Below are positions 10,501 to 22,508 of a stretch of DNA of 35,189 nt, piece by piece. A program made the translations under genes and the position numbers. The stretch covers positions 57,465,196 to 57,500,384 of the forward strand of contig NC_068993.1 of NCBI RefSeq assembly GCF_001194135.2. The letters are read 5' to 3'. The notes beneath the pieces were generated by a model. The model saw nothing but the letters and a program-made list of their open reading frames with translations, searched no databases and had not been told where the DNA came from. The first letter of the stretch is position 1, and the number at the start of each line of letters is the position of its first letter. This DNA is from Octopus bimaculoides (lineage: Eukaryota).

Positions 10501-11420
10501 CACACGAAGTCCACTCCATTTCTGGACTTACTCATTTGAAACGCATACGTGTCCAGTGCTATCAGAACCCTTTTCACACCCTCCCTCACATTGTCAGAGG
10601 CTGGATATTCCATTAGGGCATCAATGACGTAGTCAAAAAGGGGTTATGTTTAGTCTCCTTACGTGTACTATTACATCTTAAAGCTATCAACGAAAACATG
10701 GTAAATGTTATGACGTCACGCTATCGTGTGTTTCCGAATACGTTAAAACTCAAACGCATATAAGTGCAATGGCGTGTTTCAGATTCTAATATAACTATGA
10801 TTATGACAAAGGATATACGTAAAAATGAGCGTAGGATGTGGTTTCGAATATGATTCTGAATTTGAATGTGACAATAAAAATGTAAACCTTCTAATCGTGG
10901 GTACGGCTTGAATATGAGGGTTTAATTGTAGGTGTAAATCTAGTTTTGAAAGAAAAATATGTATATGGAATTGTGAGAAAGTCTGGTGACGTTACAACGG
11001 GCATAAGTTTGAGAGCTTGCGTAGGTATTTATATACACGTCGGTCTAAATTTCATCAAAATGTTGAGGAAATGGAAGATGCTTACCGATGTTGAAAGGAG
11101 TTTGACACGAAATGGTCGGGAAGTTGAACAGATAGCTTGTGAATCTCGGAGCACAAATGCAGAGAACAGAGGAAAGAAGCTTGCAAAAGCATTCCGGTTG
11201 AGGTTTTGATTCTTGCTTGAAAATCCAGGAATTAACCATTTTATGGATTTAAAGAGTTGAGTGTATTTAAATGAGAGCGCAGTTGTGGATATAACTATCA
11301 GTGCCACAAGAATATGTGTCCTAATATGGAGGCTTTGAACTTCGAATTAAACATGAATATAAACATATGAAAACTTGTTTGAGCCAAAGAAAGAGCTGTA
11401 ACCTGTTGATCCTATGCGAG

Positions 11421-11422
11421 CG

Positions 11423-11470
<48 letters not shown>

Positions 11471-11815
11471 TAGGTAGATAGATTGATTGATAGATAGATA
11501 GATATATAAATATCGACCCCAGGACTTGTTCCATCGTTAAATGGGAGAGTTACAAATGGAAATATCTGAGGAGGTTTATCTATCTATCTATCTATCTATC
11601 TATTTATCTATCTATCTATATATCTATCTATCTATCTCAGTCTCTATCTACCTATCATACCATTCTCATCTAGGCCCCCCCCTCTCCCAACAGCAGTATA
11701 TATTCGCAGCTATAAGGATACACATAAATTCATACGAGCGCGTGATTATTTTTCCCCCTCCTCAAAGATATATATTTATGTATGTAGCTAGTTTAGGTAA
11801 GTTAGTATGTATTTC

Positions 11816-11851
<36 letters not shown>

Positions 11852-11880
11852 TACACACACACACACACATATATATGAAT
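11421..11880. repeat. Cluster of (AT)n-(AG)n-(GATA)n, (TCTA)n and (CA)n microsatellites
   Basis: Arrays at about 11421-11510, 11577-11655 and 11817-11875. Confidence 0.9.
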
Positions 11881-12417
11881 GTATGTGTAAGTGTGCGTAT
11901 ATGGTCTCCCTCCTACTCCCATCTACTCACCATTTATTGCACTAACTCTCACCTCTCCTACTCTATAATCAATCAAAAGCTATCGCAGCAATTTTTCATC
12001 ACAATGAATCATTCTCGCTCTCACACCACGCCTCCCCCTCCAACACCTTACTCCCTATTTACCTCTCCAGCTTTCACGCACACCTTCCATCAGCGCTCAC
12101 CATCTCTCACACACTCACCAAATTGTCCCTTATACATATTCCATATAATTATTCATAGTGTTATCAGGGGGTTATGTAAAATAAAGAAAAAATGGTTGGT
12201 GTTGGAGAAATGGAGGCATTAACAAACTACACCGAATATATCCATCAACTGTGGCATAGCAGTTACTTCTTAAATTAATTTTCAGGTGTATGCAGACACG
12301 CACGCACGCACACACACACACACACACACAGAGGCACATAAGCAGAAACACAATCGCATGAACACAACAAATATTTATGTGTATATATTTATAAAATGAT
12401 ATACATACTGTTTTTCA

Positions 12418-12758
12418 CTCGTTTACTTGTTTCAGTCATTTCACTGCGGCCATGCTATAGCACTGCCTTTCGTCGGGGAAAGCGATCTCAGGACTGATTC
12501 TTTGTAAGCCTAGTGCTCATTCTGTCGATCTCTCTTGCCGAACCGCTACATTACAGGGACGTAAGCACACTGCCATCAGTTGTCAAGTGATGTTGGGTGG
12601 GGGACAAACACAGACACACAAAAATATGCACGCACACTCACACACACACACTCACACACATATATACATATATACGACGGGCTTCTTTTAGTTTCCGTCT
12701 ACCAAATCGTCTCACAACGCTTTGGTCAGCCCGAGGGTATAGTTAAGACACCTGCTCA
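12418..12758 (-). mobile_element. SINE family A, 5'-truncated, with an internal (TA)/(TG) microsatellite
   Basis: Colinear with 9159-9420. It has the tacgacgggcttc...ctaccaaatc...ggtcagcccgagg block and the cagtcattt.actgcggccatgct module, separated by a CA/TA tract at ~12608-12672. Confidence 0.85.
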
Positions 12759-13134
12759 TAAAAGACCCGCGTTAGACTCCTCACTCGTATTATTATCGAA
12801 CGGAGAGTTTAAATACGGTCCTTCCGCAGCGCTATCGGCCACCTTGGGTCTTCTGGATACCAATACCTCTCATATATATATATATACACATATATATGCA
12901 ACACATGGTATAATTATAAACAGGGCAAATTTTAACCATTTCTCCACAAACTAAAAAAAAAAAAAACCATGAACATCTTTAATCGAACTTCCAACCTTAT
13001 TTGGTTCTCATCATAGGCGTCTCAATCATTCTGACAGTAACCAAAGAAGCAATCGGCCAAACTGTTTATAAACTCAACAAATGCATTAGTTACACTATGA
13101 AGGAGTCTTTAATTTGCATAACGAAAGTGTTATA

Positions 13135-13613
13135 CACACACACACACACACANNNNNNNNNNNNNNNNNNNNNNNNNNNNNNNNNNNNNNNNNNNNNNNN
13201 NNNNNNNNNNNNNNNNNNNNNNNNNNNNNNNNNNNNNNNNNNNNNNNNNNNNNNNNNNNNNNNNNNNNNNNNNNNNNNNNNNNNNNNNNNNNNNNNNNNN
13301 NNNNNNNNNNNNNNNNNNNNNNNNNNNNNNNNNNNNNNNNNNNNNNNNNNNNNNNNNNNNNNNNNNNNNNNNNNNNNNNNNNNNNNNNNNNNNNNNNNNN
13401 NNNNNNNNNNNNNNNNNNNNNNNNNNNNNNNNNNNNNNNNNNNNNNNNNNNNNNNNNNNNNNNNNNNNNNNNNNNNNNNNNNNNNNNNNNNNNNNNNNNN
13501 NNNNNNNNNNNNNNNNNNNNNNNNNNNNNNNNNNNNNNNNNNNNNNNNNNNNNNNNNNNNNNNNNNNNNNNNNNNNNNATATGCATGCACACATATACAT
13601 GCATATATACGTA

Positions 13614-13657
<44 letters not shown>

Positions 13658-13660
13658 TAT
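13135..13660. repeat. (CA)n - gap - (TG)n microsatellites
   Basis: Seen directly on both sides of the 13153-13578 gap. Confidence 0.85.
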
Positions 13661-14695
13661 GTATTATATAAAGATAAATATATTTGCATACACACATACA
13701 CCATCACAACAGATATTTACATAGATTACGTTACTTCGCGTTCTGCAGCTACGTGTTCAATACGCCCCTATATCAGTTGCGTCAGATGTTCTTGTAGGTA
13801 TTTACATTTATCGGTTCTTACATATCTACGCACACTCTTTGGCTGCTATCTTTGAGACAATATTTCCAACTCTCACAGGAATTTACCAGATTTTGTTGGG
13901 AAATCTAGATGTAACTCCGCGATAATGAACGGAAATAGAAATCCGGAAACTTTGGAGGAAAGAGAAGAGAATCAAGAGAACCTATGAAGAGAGAGTGAAA
14001 GTTGCAGTTGAGTAGTAATTGTATATGAGTGTTAGTGTGAGGATCAAATACGTTTTCTGTCACCTGAAATCCTATTTTCCTTCTTTACTGTTTCCTAAAT
14101 TTCTCTCACTCTCGCTCAAACACCAAACACTCATCTTTCAATAATATGTGTCCATAAAGATATATGCATATATTACGTATGCATGCATATATGTATGTAT
14201 GAATGTATGTATGTATGTATATGTGTGTGTGTGTGTGTTTGTGTGTATGCGTTAAGCGAACTACAACGCTCTTATATATATTTATATTTATATACATATA
14301 TAAGTGTTTAATATGATTTAAATTAATTAATTAATTATGCATTTTTATATCATAATTATTAAGCGATTTTATGGCTGGTTATATTTGTTCTTTAAATTTC
14401 AACCGTGGAAGCAGCTGTAGATCTTCAGAAGGAAATTATGAAATAACAATGAAATCATTACTTTTCATGTTTTTTAAAAACTAATTGCCTCTTTTAGCCT
14501 AATTATCCCGATGGAGTTTCAGTCACATCAAGGTGACATACTACGTATGCCACTTTCATATGATTTGTATCTATATGCATGTATACGTATATACATATGT
14601 GTATGTATATATATGTCTTTGCGGGTGTTATAGAGTTGGATATGTATTAATACAAGCATATCGATAAATACACCATATACAAATCTTATAATTCA

Positions 14696-14900
14696 ACGAG
14701 CTGGCAGAAACATTGGCACGCCAGGCGAAATGCATAGCGCTATTTCGTCTGTCTTTGCGTTCTGAGTTCAATTTCTACCGAGGTCGACTTTGCATTTCAT
14801 CCTTTCGGGTTCGATAAATTAAGTACCCGTTGCGTACTGGTGTCGATCTAATCGACTGGCCTTCGCCTCCAAAATTTTCTGCCTAGAGTAGAAAAGAATA
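14696..14900 (+). mobile_element. SINE family B, most complete copy
   Basis: cgagctggcagaa head, gagttcaatttc B-box, ccgaggtcgactttgcatttcatcctttcgggttcgataaattaagtacc core and gcctagagtagaaaagaat 3' end. The 3' end matches the reverse complement of 24443-24470. Confidence 0.9.
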
Positions 14901-15615
14901 GACAAACCATATGCAGAGAGTTTAACTATATAAATGGACCTGTTATTATTGCAAATTTTTATTTAAAATACAATTAAAGAGTGAGGACAAGGTTTCAAAT
15001 ACCATGGAATTTAGAATTTGAATTCTTACACGTAATTTAACGTGAATTATAAGGAGTTCCGGACCAACAGTGCCTAGAACAGCGGTGTTATAACCATACC
15101 GTGTATATATTTCGCGTGAAATTTTCCTGGTATATATTTACAGTAATTTAATAAAAAAAATTTTAATGTGAAGCAATGAAAATAAACCTTATTTTTCCAT
15201 TTTCCACATTGTCTAGTGCTGTTTATTATGTTTTACCAGTATAAAACCTATTTGTGAGTGTATAAGTCTTTCCTGACTCGATAAGTGTGGAATATATATA
15301 GCTTACTAAAATTTCAGACAGCCTTTGTACAATATTCATAGTCAAACCTCATTCTAAGAACTCCTAACGTAGGTATATCTGTGCAACATACCGAGAAATT
15401 CGCCTGTTGACACGTTATTCAAAGTACATAATTATCTTCGAAGTTACTGTAATCTCAGCAATCTGCAAGCAAAGTGAGGAATCTTTTTCTTATTATCTAT
15501 TGTTCCTTCTGACCACCTAAACCTCAACATCATTCGCTTAAATACCAGCTGAATATGATGGTGATTATTCTGTCTGAAGCAGTACAATAGGCAAAAAAAA
15601 AAAAAACATACATAC

Positions 15616-15741
15616 CTGCACATAAAAACAGGCACTTTTGTTTTGGCATATTCCTCAAGCGGGCGAATCCTGCTTCCACAAATATGCCTTTCCGGCATAA
15701 AACCTCTCCAGCCAAGGTTTGAACATGGTTTCGGACACATT
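15616..15741 (-). CDS. Candidate internal exon of an unidentified gene (126 nt)
   Basis: Acceptor ttaactgtttttttttaag|AATG and donor TGCAG|gtatgt. The length is a multiple of 3 and two frames are open: xCVRNHVQTLAGEVLCRKGIFVEAGFARLRNMPKQKCLFLCA and MCPKPCSNLGWRGFMPERHICGSRIRPLEEYAKTKVPVFMC. The AAG acceptor is non-optimal and no family is recognised. Confidence 0.3.
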
Positions 15742-16639
15742 CTTAAAAAAAAACAGTTAATGAATGTTATGTTAACTCCCACAACCCCACAAGAAACACT
15801 ATTTGTATAAGACAGTATATTGTGGAAGTAATAGTTCACTTTTACGGGAGATAACAAACGGCTGGGTTTCACCAGGGGGCCAGCAAAAGATGAGGTATAT
15901 TTCTACCTGAAAGCATATGTTACTGACGCTGAGAATTGAGAACTGTCAGACGTTATCTGTTCGGAATGGCTATAAAAAATGCTTTATGAGAGTATTTATA
16001 TTTTGAAGGCCACGGCGTCAGTGCCATCTTCGAGTTTTTTAGGTTTATGAATTTGTGTTTGAATAATGATTAGGAGAATTAAGTAGGGAATACTAGAGAA
16101 GTAGTTAGGCTTGTGAAACCGATTGCAGTATTAAATGGAGTGGTTTGGACTTGGAAGGTTGAACTTCGTGCATATAAGAGAAATCAGTAGATTCTGTTGT
16201 GGTTTGATCCAGATCAAATGCGTTTAATCTAAAAGGATGCACACACTAAAATCCACACGTTATAAAACTTATACGCATACATAACAGACAGACAGAAATC
16301 AGAAGCACATAATTATTGTATTTTCAAGGATGAAGATGTACAGATAGATTGCCTATGCGAACAAACACACAAAAAATTGATGGCTATAGTAGTTTACATA
16401 GATATGCTCAAGTGCCTACGCAGTTGAAAGCCAAAACGTACTCCCAGAACTCCAGGCGTTTGAATTCTCAGAATATCTTTGATATTTCAGCTGCAGGTAA
16501 CGTGTCACTGTCAGCACTCGGCTGGTTCTCTGAAAGTGAACTTAAATAAATTGCTGAAAGACAAATCCCCATGTTTGCTTCAGGAATTGAACTAAAAGGC
16601 TTCAGATCGTGAGCCATAGCCCTTCATAATGTACCGATG

Positions 16640-16642
<3 letters not shown>

Positions 16643-16689
<47 letters not shown>

Positions 16690-16736
16690 NNNNNNNNNNN
16701 NNNNNNNNNNNNNNNNNNNNNNNNNNNNNNNNNNNN

Positions 16737-16803
<67 letters not shown>

Positions 16804-16927
16804 CATGCATCTATGCATTTATACATTTGTAAGTATGGATATATAACTAGATGAGATAGATTGGTAGATAGACAGATAGATATTGAGATAGAGATAGACA
16901 CACAGACATATAGATAGATAGATAGAC

Positions 16928-16988
<61 letters not shown>

Positions 16989-17015
16989 GTTAGATAGATA
17001 GATAGATAAATGAAC
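16643..17015. repeat. Compound (CT)n-gap-(AT)n-(AG)n and (GATA)n microsatellites
   Basis: Seen directly in the sequence. Confidence 0.95.
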
Positions 17016-17365
17016 ATACTTAAATACGTAGACCCCAAGTTTCCGGAATGTGATTCTTTATAATTTTAAGAATTATTAACCCATCGAAATCATTTGATGA
17101 ATGATTTTAATGTCGCCGTTCATATTTAAATTCGAGTCAAAACTGCATTGATCATCAAGAGCAGTAATTAAAACAGCGTAATTAATTCACGAATTATATT
17201 ACAACTAAAAAATATTATGCAGTTATAGTTGTTTTCACATAAATTTACATTGTATTAATTAGAATGCTGCAAAGATAAAGATTTAGTTATAAATATTACG
17301 TTATTTAAGAAATTCTGTAACGGAATCTGTCGAAACTTCTTGGATGATCTATATGAATATGTACA

Positions 17366-17367
17366 CA

Positions 17368-17454
<87 letters not shown>
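17366..17454. repeat. (CA)n-(AT)n microsatellite
   Basis: Seen directly in the sequence. Confidence 0.95.
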
Positions 17455-17455
<1 letters not shown>

Positions 17456-17518
17456 GCAGCATTTTATCCGTCTTTACGTTCTGAGTTCAAATTCCGCCGG
17501 GGTCGATATCGCCTTTCA
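17455..17518 (+). mobile_element. SINE family B, internal fragment
   Basis: gcattttatccgtctttacgttctgagttcaaattccgccggggtcgat..cgcctttca matches about 6830-6890. Confidence 0.8.
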
Positions 17519-17984
17519 ATAGCAAAACGCAAGGCAGAAACTAACAAGCAGACACAACGAGACATAACAAGCGTTTAATAACTTTGAAATATTATCGGTC
17601 ACTGAAAGTCACTTGGAGGTAACAGATTTCCAATGTAACAATAATGATTGTATCAATGAAATCATCATTCCAATTACAACTCGTAGGAGATACCTGCTGT
17701 TTCATATATGATCACTTCAGCGTTACACAGCTGATTAATTGCGTGTTTTCAATTCTGTTAAAATCTGTCGAAAGTTTAATGGATTCAATGTTACCGTCTA
17801 AACACGTTGCACTATTAAAGAAATCTGAAATTTCTTTATTAAAATAAATTAAAGTAAAGAAATGCCGTGTCTTCTATACAGACGTGTACGTATGCGTGCA
17901 TGTGTGTATGGGTGTTTAGAAGTTAGAATACGCCAGTATACTAATATATAATATCCCTCAGTCTTTCTGCCTAATTTTCAACAC

Positions 17985-18032
<48 letters not shown>

Positions 18033-18065
18033 ACACACAATGTGCTGCGCCTTATTGGAAGTGCA

Positions 18066-18285
18066 TAGAGAATCGACGAGGAAGTGTTTGTTTCAGTCTT
18101 TCCCAGTAGCTGAGCTGCTGCAATGAGACGATCTTCGTTTGTGAAGCTTCTTGCTTCAAGGTCCATTGTTAACTTTGCAATCTGGGGTGACCATAGTTGG
18201 GAGCACTAGTCAATGCGGCTGAGAACGAATGTCCTCCAAAGGTTTCCCTCTCATTGGTCCTGAAGGTTTTCAGAATCCATCCATC
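18066..18285 (-). mobile_element. Decayed CR1/L2-clade LINE ORF2 fragment
   Basis: The minus strand gives GWILKTFRT, then ttgactagtgctcccaactatggtcaccccag (a frameshifted DYCSQLWSP, alignable to 54-86), then SYWERLKQ. It is flanked by (CA)n and (AT)n. Confidence 0.7.
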
Positions 18286-18442
18286 CATCCAACCGTATAT
18301 ATATATATATATNNNNNNNNNNNNNNNNNNNNNNNNNNNNNNNNNNNNNNNNNNNNNNNNNNNNNNNNNNNNNNNNNNNNNNNNNNNNNNNNNNNNNNNN
18401 NNNNNNNNNNNNNCATACATATTTGTGAAATATATATATATG

Positions 18443-18489
<47 letters not shown>

Positions 18490-18586
18490 GTGCGTGTTCT
18501 GTGTATGAAATATAGATGAAATTTCTTCCTTGAGATACTTGTTTTGCATCGAGTTAGAAACAACTATTGTTGCTGTTGTTGGGCAG

Positions 18587-18664
18587 AAATACAGTGTAGA
18601 GGAGATCGGAAGCCTGTAACAAGAACAACGACTTCATTCACATCAAAATCTTGGAACGTATATT
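18587..18664 (+). CDS. Candidate internal exon (78 nt, phase 1-1)
   Basis: Acceptor ttgttgctgttgttgggcag| and donor ATT|gtaagt. The only open frame reads xIQCRGDRKPVTRTTTSFTSKSWNVY. No homology is recognised and it could be chance. Confidence 0.2.
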
Positions 18665-21600
18665 GTAAGTAATTCTAGCCGGCGGTCTCATGCAGCTGTC
18701 TCAAAACCTTTATATCGTATATCTAACATCAGAATAGGTGTTTTAGTTTCAAATTTGATATTTCTGCTTTGCTACATCAAATTTTCTACGCCGTACTCGC
18801 CGAACATTATAATGATTATTCGTTAAAATTAATTATTCATTTTTAAAATTCCTTTCTTTGATATTTATAATTTCAGCGGTATTACTTTTGTATTGAATTG
18901 CTGTGTTGTCAATAGTCAATAGTCAATAAAATTATTTTAATTTCGACAAATTAATATTTCGTCAAATATTTTTAATATAATATAATTTCGTTCATTTTTT
19001 CAACGTTACATAAACCTAGGTTAAAAGCAAGCTAGCTAATCGAAATTTACTGGAATAGTACCAGATCCACACGTATTAACAATGATTTTCGGAAAGCAGG
19101 AGAAAAAGAGAAACACAACAAACAAGAAGTTTCTTTCGCAAATTCATACGCGCATTTGGGACATCCTTGCATCAAAATATCGGTGTATATGACATATTTA
19201 GAGAGTATACTAACGTGGAACGGGACTAGCTATATGATTTTGTCTGAAAGAAGCTTCTCAAGGAAGCTTCTGTTAAAACAAGACCTTGCTCAGAACTCTT
19301 GTGTATTGCCGAACACGGTGTTTCGACCCAATGTTGTTCCCTCTGTGATGAATGCACCGGACATTCTATGTGTATCAAGACAAATCAAAAGTATCAGAAA
19401 TCGTCAGAAAGCATTTATAATTGTATAATCTAATTCAGTTATTAAATGCTTGTGTCTCTATATTTAGGTACGCTATCGTAATTATCATATTAGTGAAATT
19501 CATTTCAAACGTCTGAATATGCATCTGAAAGCGTACCATCTTGTCAATGACGATAAAGAGAAATCATAACTTCGATTTTGTGGATTGGTCGTGAAACTAC
19601 CGACCTAATAATCTAAATATTCAGTCCTAAATAAAGTGACATCGTTTCTTATAAAATAATTACTGATAAATTGAGCGATCATTTCAAGAAACATCTAAAT
19701 ATTCTGATCGTGTCTAATAAATTTCAACATTGTGTAATGAAAACCGATCAATTATGCGGTAATTGGGAAATTGAGATGAGATTGTTGACGCGATATTGCA
19801 AATTCGAAGATAACACTTTGAATTTCGTTGATCGTCTGATACGTGATAGAACTGACAAATTTACGCGACACGAAGAAAAGTGCTTGTCTCCCACCATGAA
19901 AATCCATTACTCAGTGATGTACGAAAAGCTGCAATCTCTATTATTCGTGCTAAAGAAGCTGAATAACTACTTATTGATGCAACGATATCAAGCAAGATAT
20001 TAATGATATTTCTGAAGCTTCTTCGAATTCTATAGAACATAATAACCTTAACGTTATTCATTTCAAATAAAGATATTACATAATTAATTAACCAATGGAA
20101 ATGTTATGTAACTTGTTATATCAATCATAAAAAAATTATTGCCCACATAAGAATGAAAAAACGTGGCAAAATCTATCATTTAGCAAATACATCCTTGATA
20201 TTAAAACGAAATAATATTAATAATAATAATAATAATAATAATATTGCTAAATATTGTCAAAAATTACAATGGTGGTGATAATAATTTTGTCGATAGTTTA
20301 TACGAATCAAATGAATTAAATATTGAAGCTAATTCGATATATATTAAAAATCTGTGTGAAGTAATCGGAAATAAATGTTATATTTCGGCACATATCAATA
20401 ATAAATTCTAATTTAGATATAGGCGCCACGAGAACTTCGATTTGAATAAATATGAAATAATCAACGCTCCCTCATTAGTATCTGTATCGATAAAATTAAA
20501 CGCTTCTGGTAATAAAAATATATTCCATTGAAAGGAAAATGCCTATTAAATATTAAAATTGGAAATAAATAACCGCAAAATTTAAAAGCTCTTATTAACA
20601 ATTCAGAACCGGGTTCAAATTTAATCGTAAACAATCGGTTAAAAGCATTAAATATATTGCCCATAGCTTTGCACAGTAATATTACTGATATGGTTAATAG
20701 GGTTTATACGTCAACTGATTTGAATTTTAAAAACATAATCGACTTTTTTCATATGTCAAGTATCGTGCACAATCAGCCTAAGCCAGTTAAAGATGAACCA
20801 TATCGTGTGTGGGCTACATTTTAATTTGGTTTAGGCCATAGGAGGTATTTCACTACATCGGTGTGCAAAAGTAATATAACGGAAAACTAAACTGTAACCG
20901 CTTTCGAATGACGAATTGGTAAAGTAATTAAACGGTAAAGTATTGAATGGTACATTGAAACGAACTAATTACAGCGAGTGGCTTGAGTCGGTCATCGTCG
21001 TTTTTTGAACCTGTACGGCGAATTCATGTCCTTTCGTGATTTTGAAACCCCAATCAATAAGCAGGCATGCCCAGACATGATTAATTATTCTGTAAAATGG
21101 AAGGTGAAAATGAAAATTAGCAGACTAATAAGTTTAAAAGACATGTATTTATTAATGGAGGCAACGAGAAAATTGCAAAATGTTCGGTTAGTAAATGCAA
21201 CTTCCGGTCATTATAAAGTAATTCCATGCATAATTAAAAGAACTCGTGCCTCATTCTAATTTGTTATCTGCAATAAAGCATTGTACGACTTATCTAGACA
21301 CTATCATTACCACTTCCATGTAGAATAAAGAATATTTAAATCAGGAAGGAAAATACATTTTTTTCATGAAAAAGTCGATTATCTTAGCTTTAATATTAAC
21401 GCATCTGGGGAAAAGAAATGATTATCCTGAAAAAAAAAACAAAAACTGTCGATGCTATAAAAATAAAATTACCAATTCTAAAATTTGTAAATGAAATATT
21501 AGCATTTGTTCCAAAAGTCGGATATTGCTGCATAGTTATTAAGAATATGGCAAATCTTACTGAACCATTACAGAATTTAACGAAAATGAATGTACCGTTC

Positions 21601-22472
21601 AAATAGTTGTCAACGAATATTTGATGAGGTTAGAGAGTTCACGCATTGTAATGATAAGTCGCCTCTAATTTTGGCTGTGGTTACATCACGAATCAGTGTT
21701 GGAACTATTCTTTATAGCATGAAAATGAAGTTGAACGTCCGTTGACAGTCGCTTCTAAGACCCTAAATGCATATCTCGGTGGTATTCATCAAAAGATAAG
21801 TTGATTAGCTATTAGTTTTTCTCCCCAGTTCCATCCGTTACTGTATAGTTGCTAATTTTTTTTATCGTTATTCGTCGTCTATCAAAACCTGCCTAAATAC
21901 ATGGACTCACTGGATGATAAAATACACATTAGTCGATCTCAATGGCTGGTAATTGCATAAAATCGATTCAAAACTGCCATTATTACCTCTCGTCGTTCTT
22001 GGCTCGCATTGCAAGCAATCGGCCCTACGACTACGTACATCTACCAGACAGCGAATCCAAAACTGCATTGCTCGGTATCGCAAATGAAACATTGAAAATA
22101 AACAATTTATTGTTATTTCCAAATTATATATTCAAACTTTGTACTATTTATCAATTAGCACGCGTATTAATAAGTACTAAATGCATCGTAGAATATTGTA
22201 CTTACGTTGAAAAACATTGAAATTGGAAGTCACCATTAAAAAGTTCGATAATTCCGATAATTCAATTATCCTCGAATATTTTTATTCGTTTATCCAATAT
22301 TATCGGCACAGTGTTAAATGTTGAATGAAGAATCAATTCCATTTTGACTACAAACACATTGATTGTCACAAGCATTTTAAATGTGTCGCATGTGTCACAC
22401 ACCTCATCGCTCCTGACAGATAATTACTGCTTTACTAATTCAATCCGCTTTTATATAAGTTTGGGAGACAAC

Positions 22473-22508
<36 letters not shown>

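Noticed and set aside
11512-11530. tatcgaccccaggactt, similar to the family A 3' module
   Set aside because: Only ~17 nt, too short to call an element.
15449-15470. taatctcagc, matching the start of miR-216
   Set aside because: Only 10 nt match, the rest of the mature sequence is absent, and no hairpin is evident. No other conserved miRNA that I remember was spotted.
19671-20003. 110-aa ORF in the repeat-poor block
   Set aside because: It has a TTG start, no recognisable motif and no clear splice boundaries; compatible with chance.
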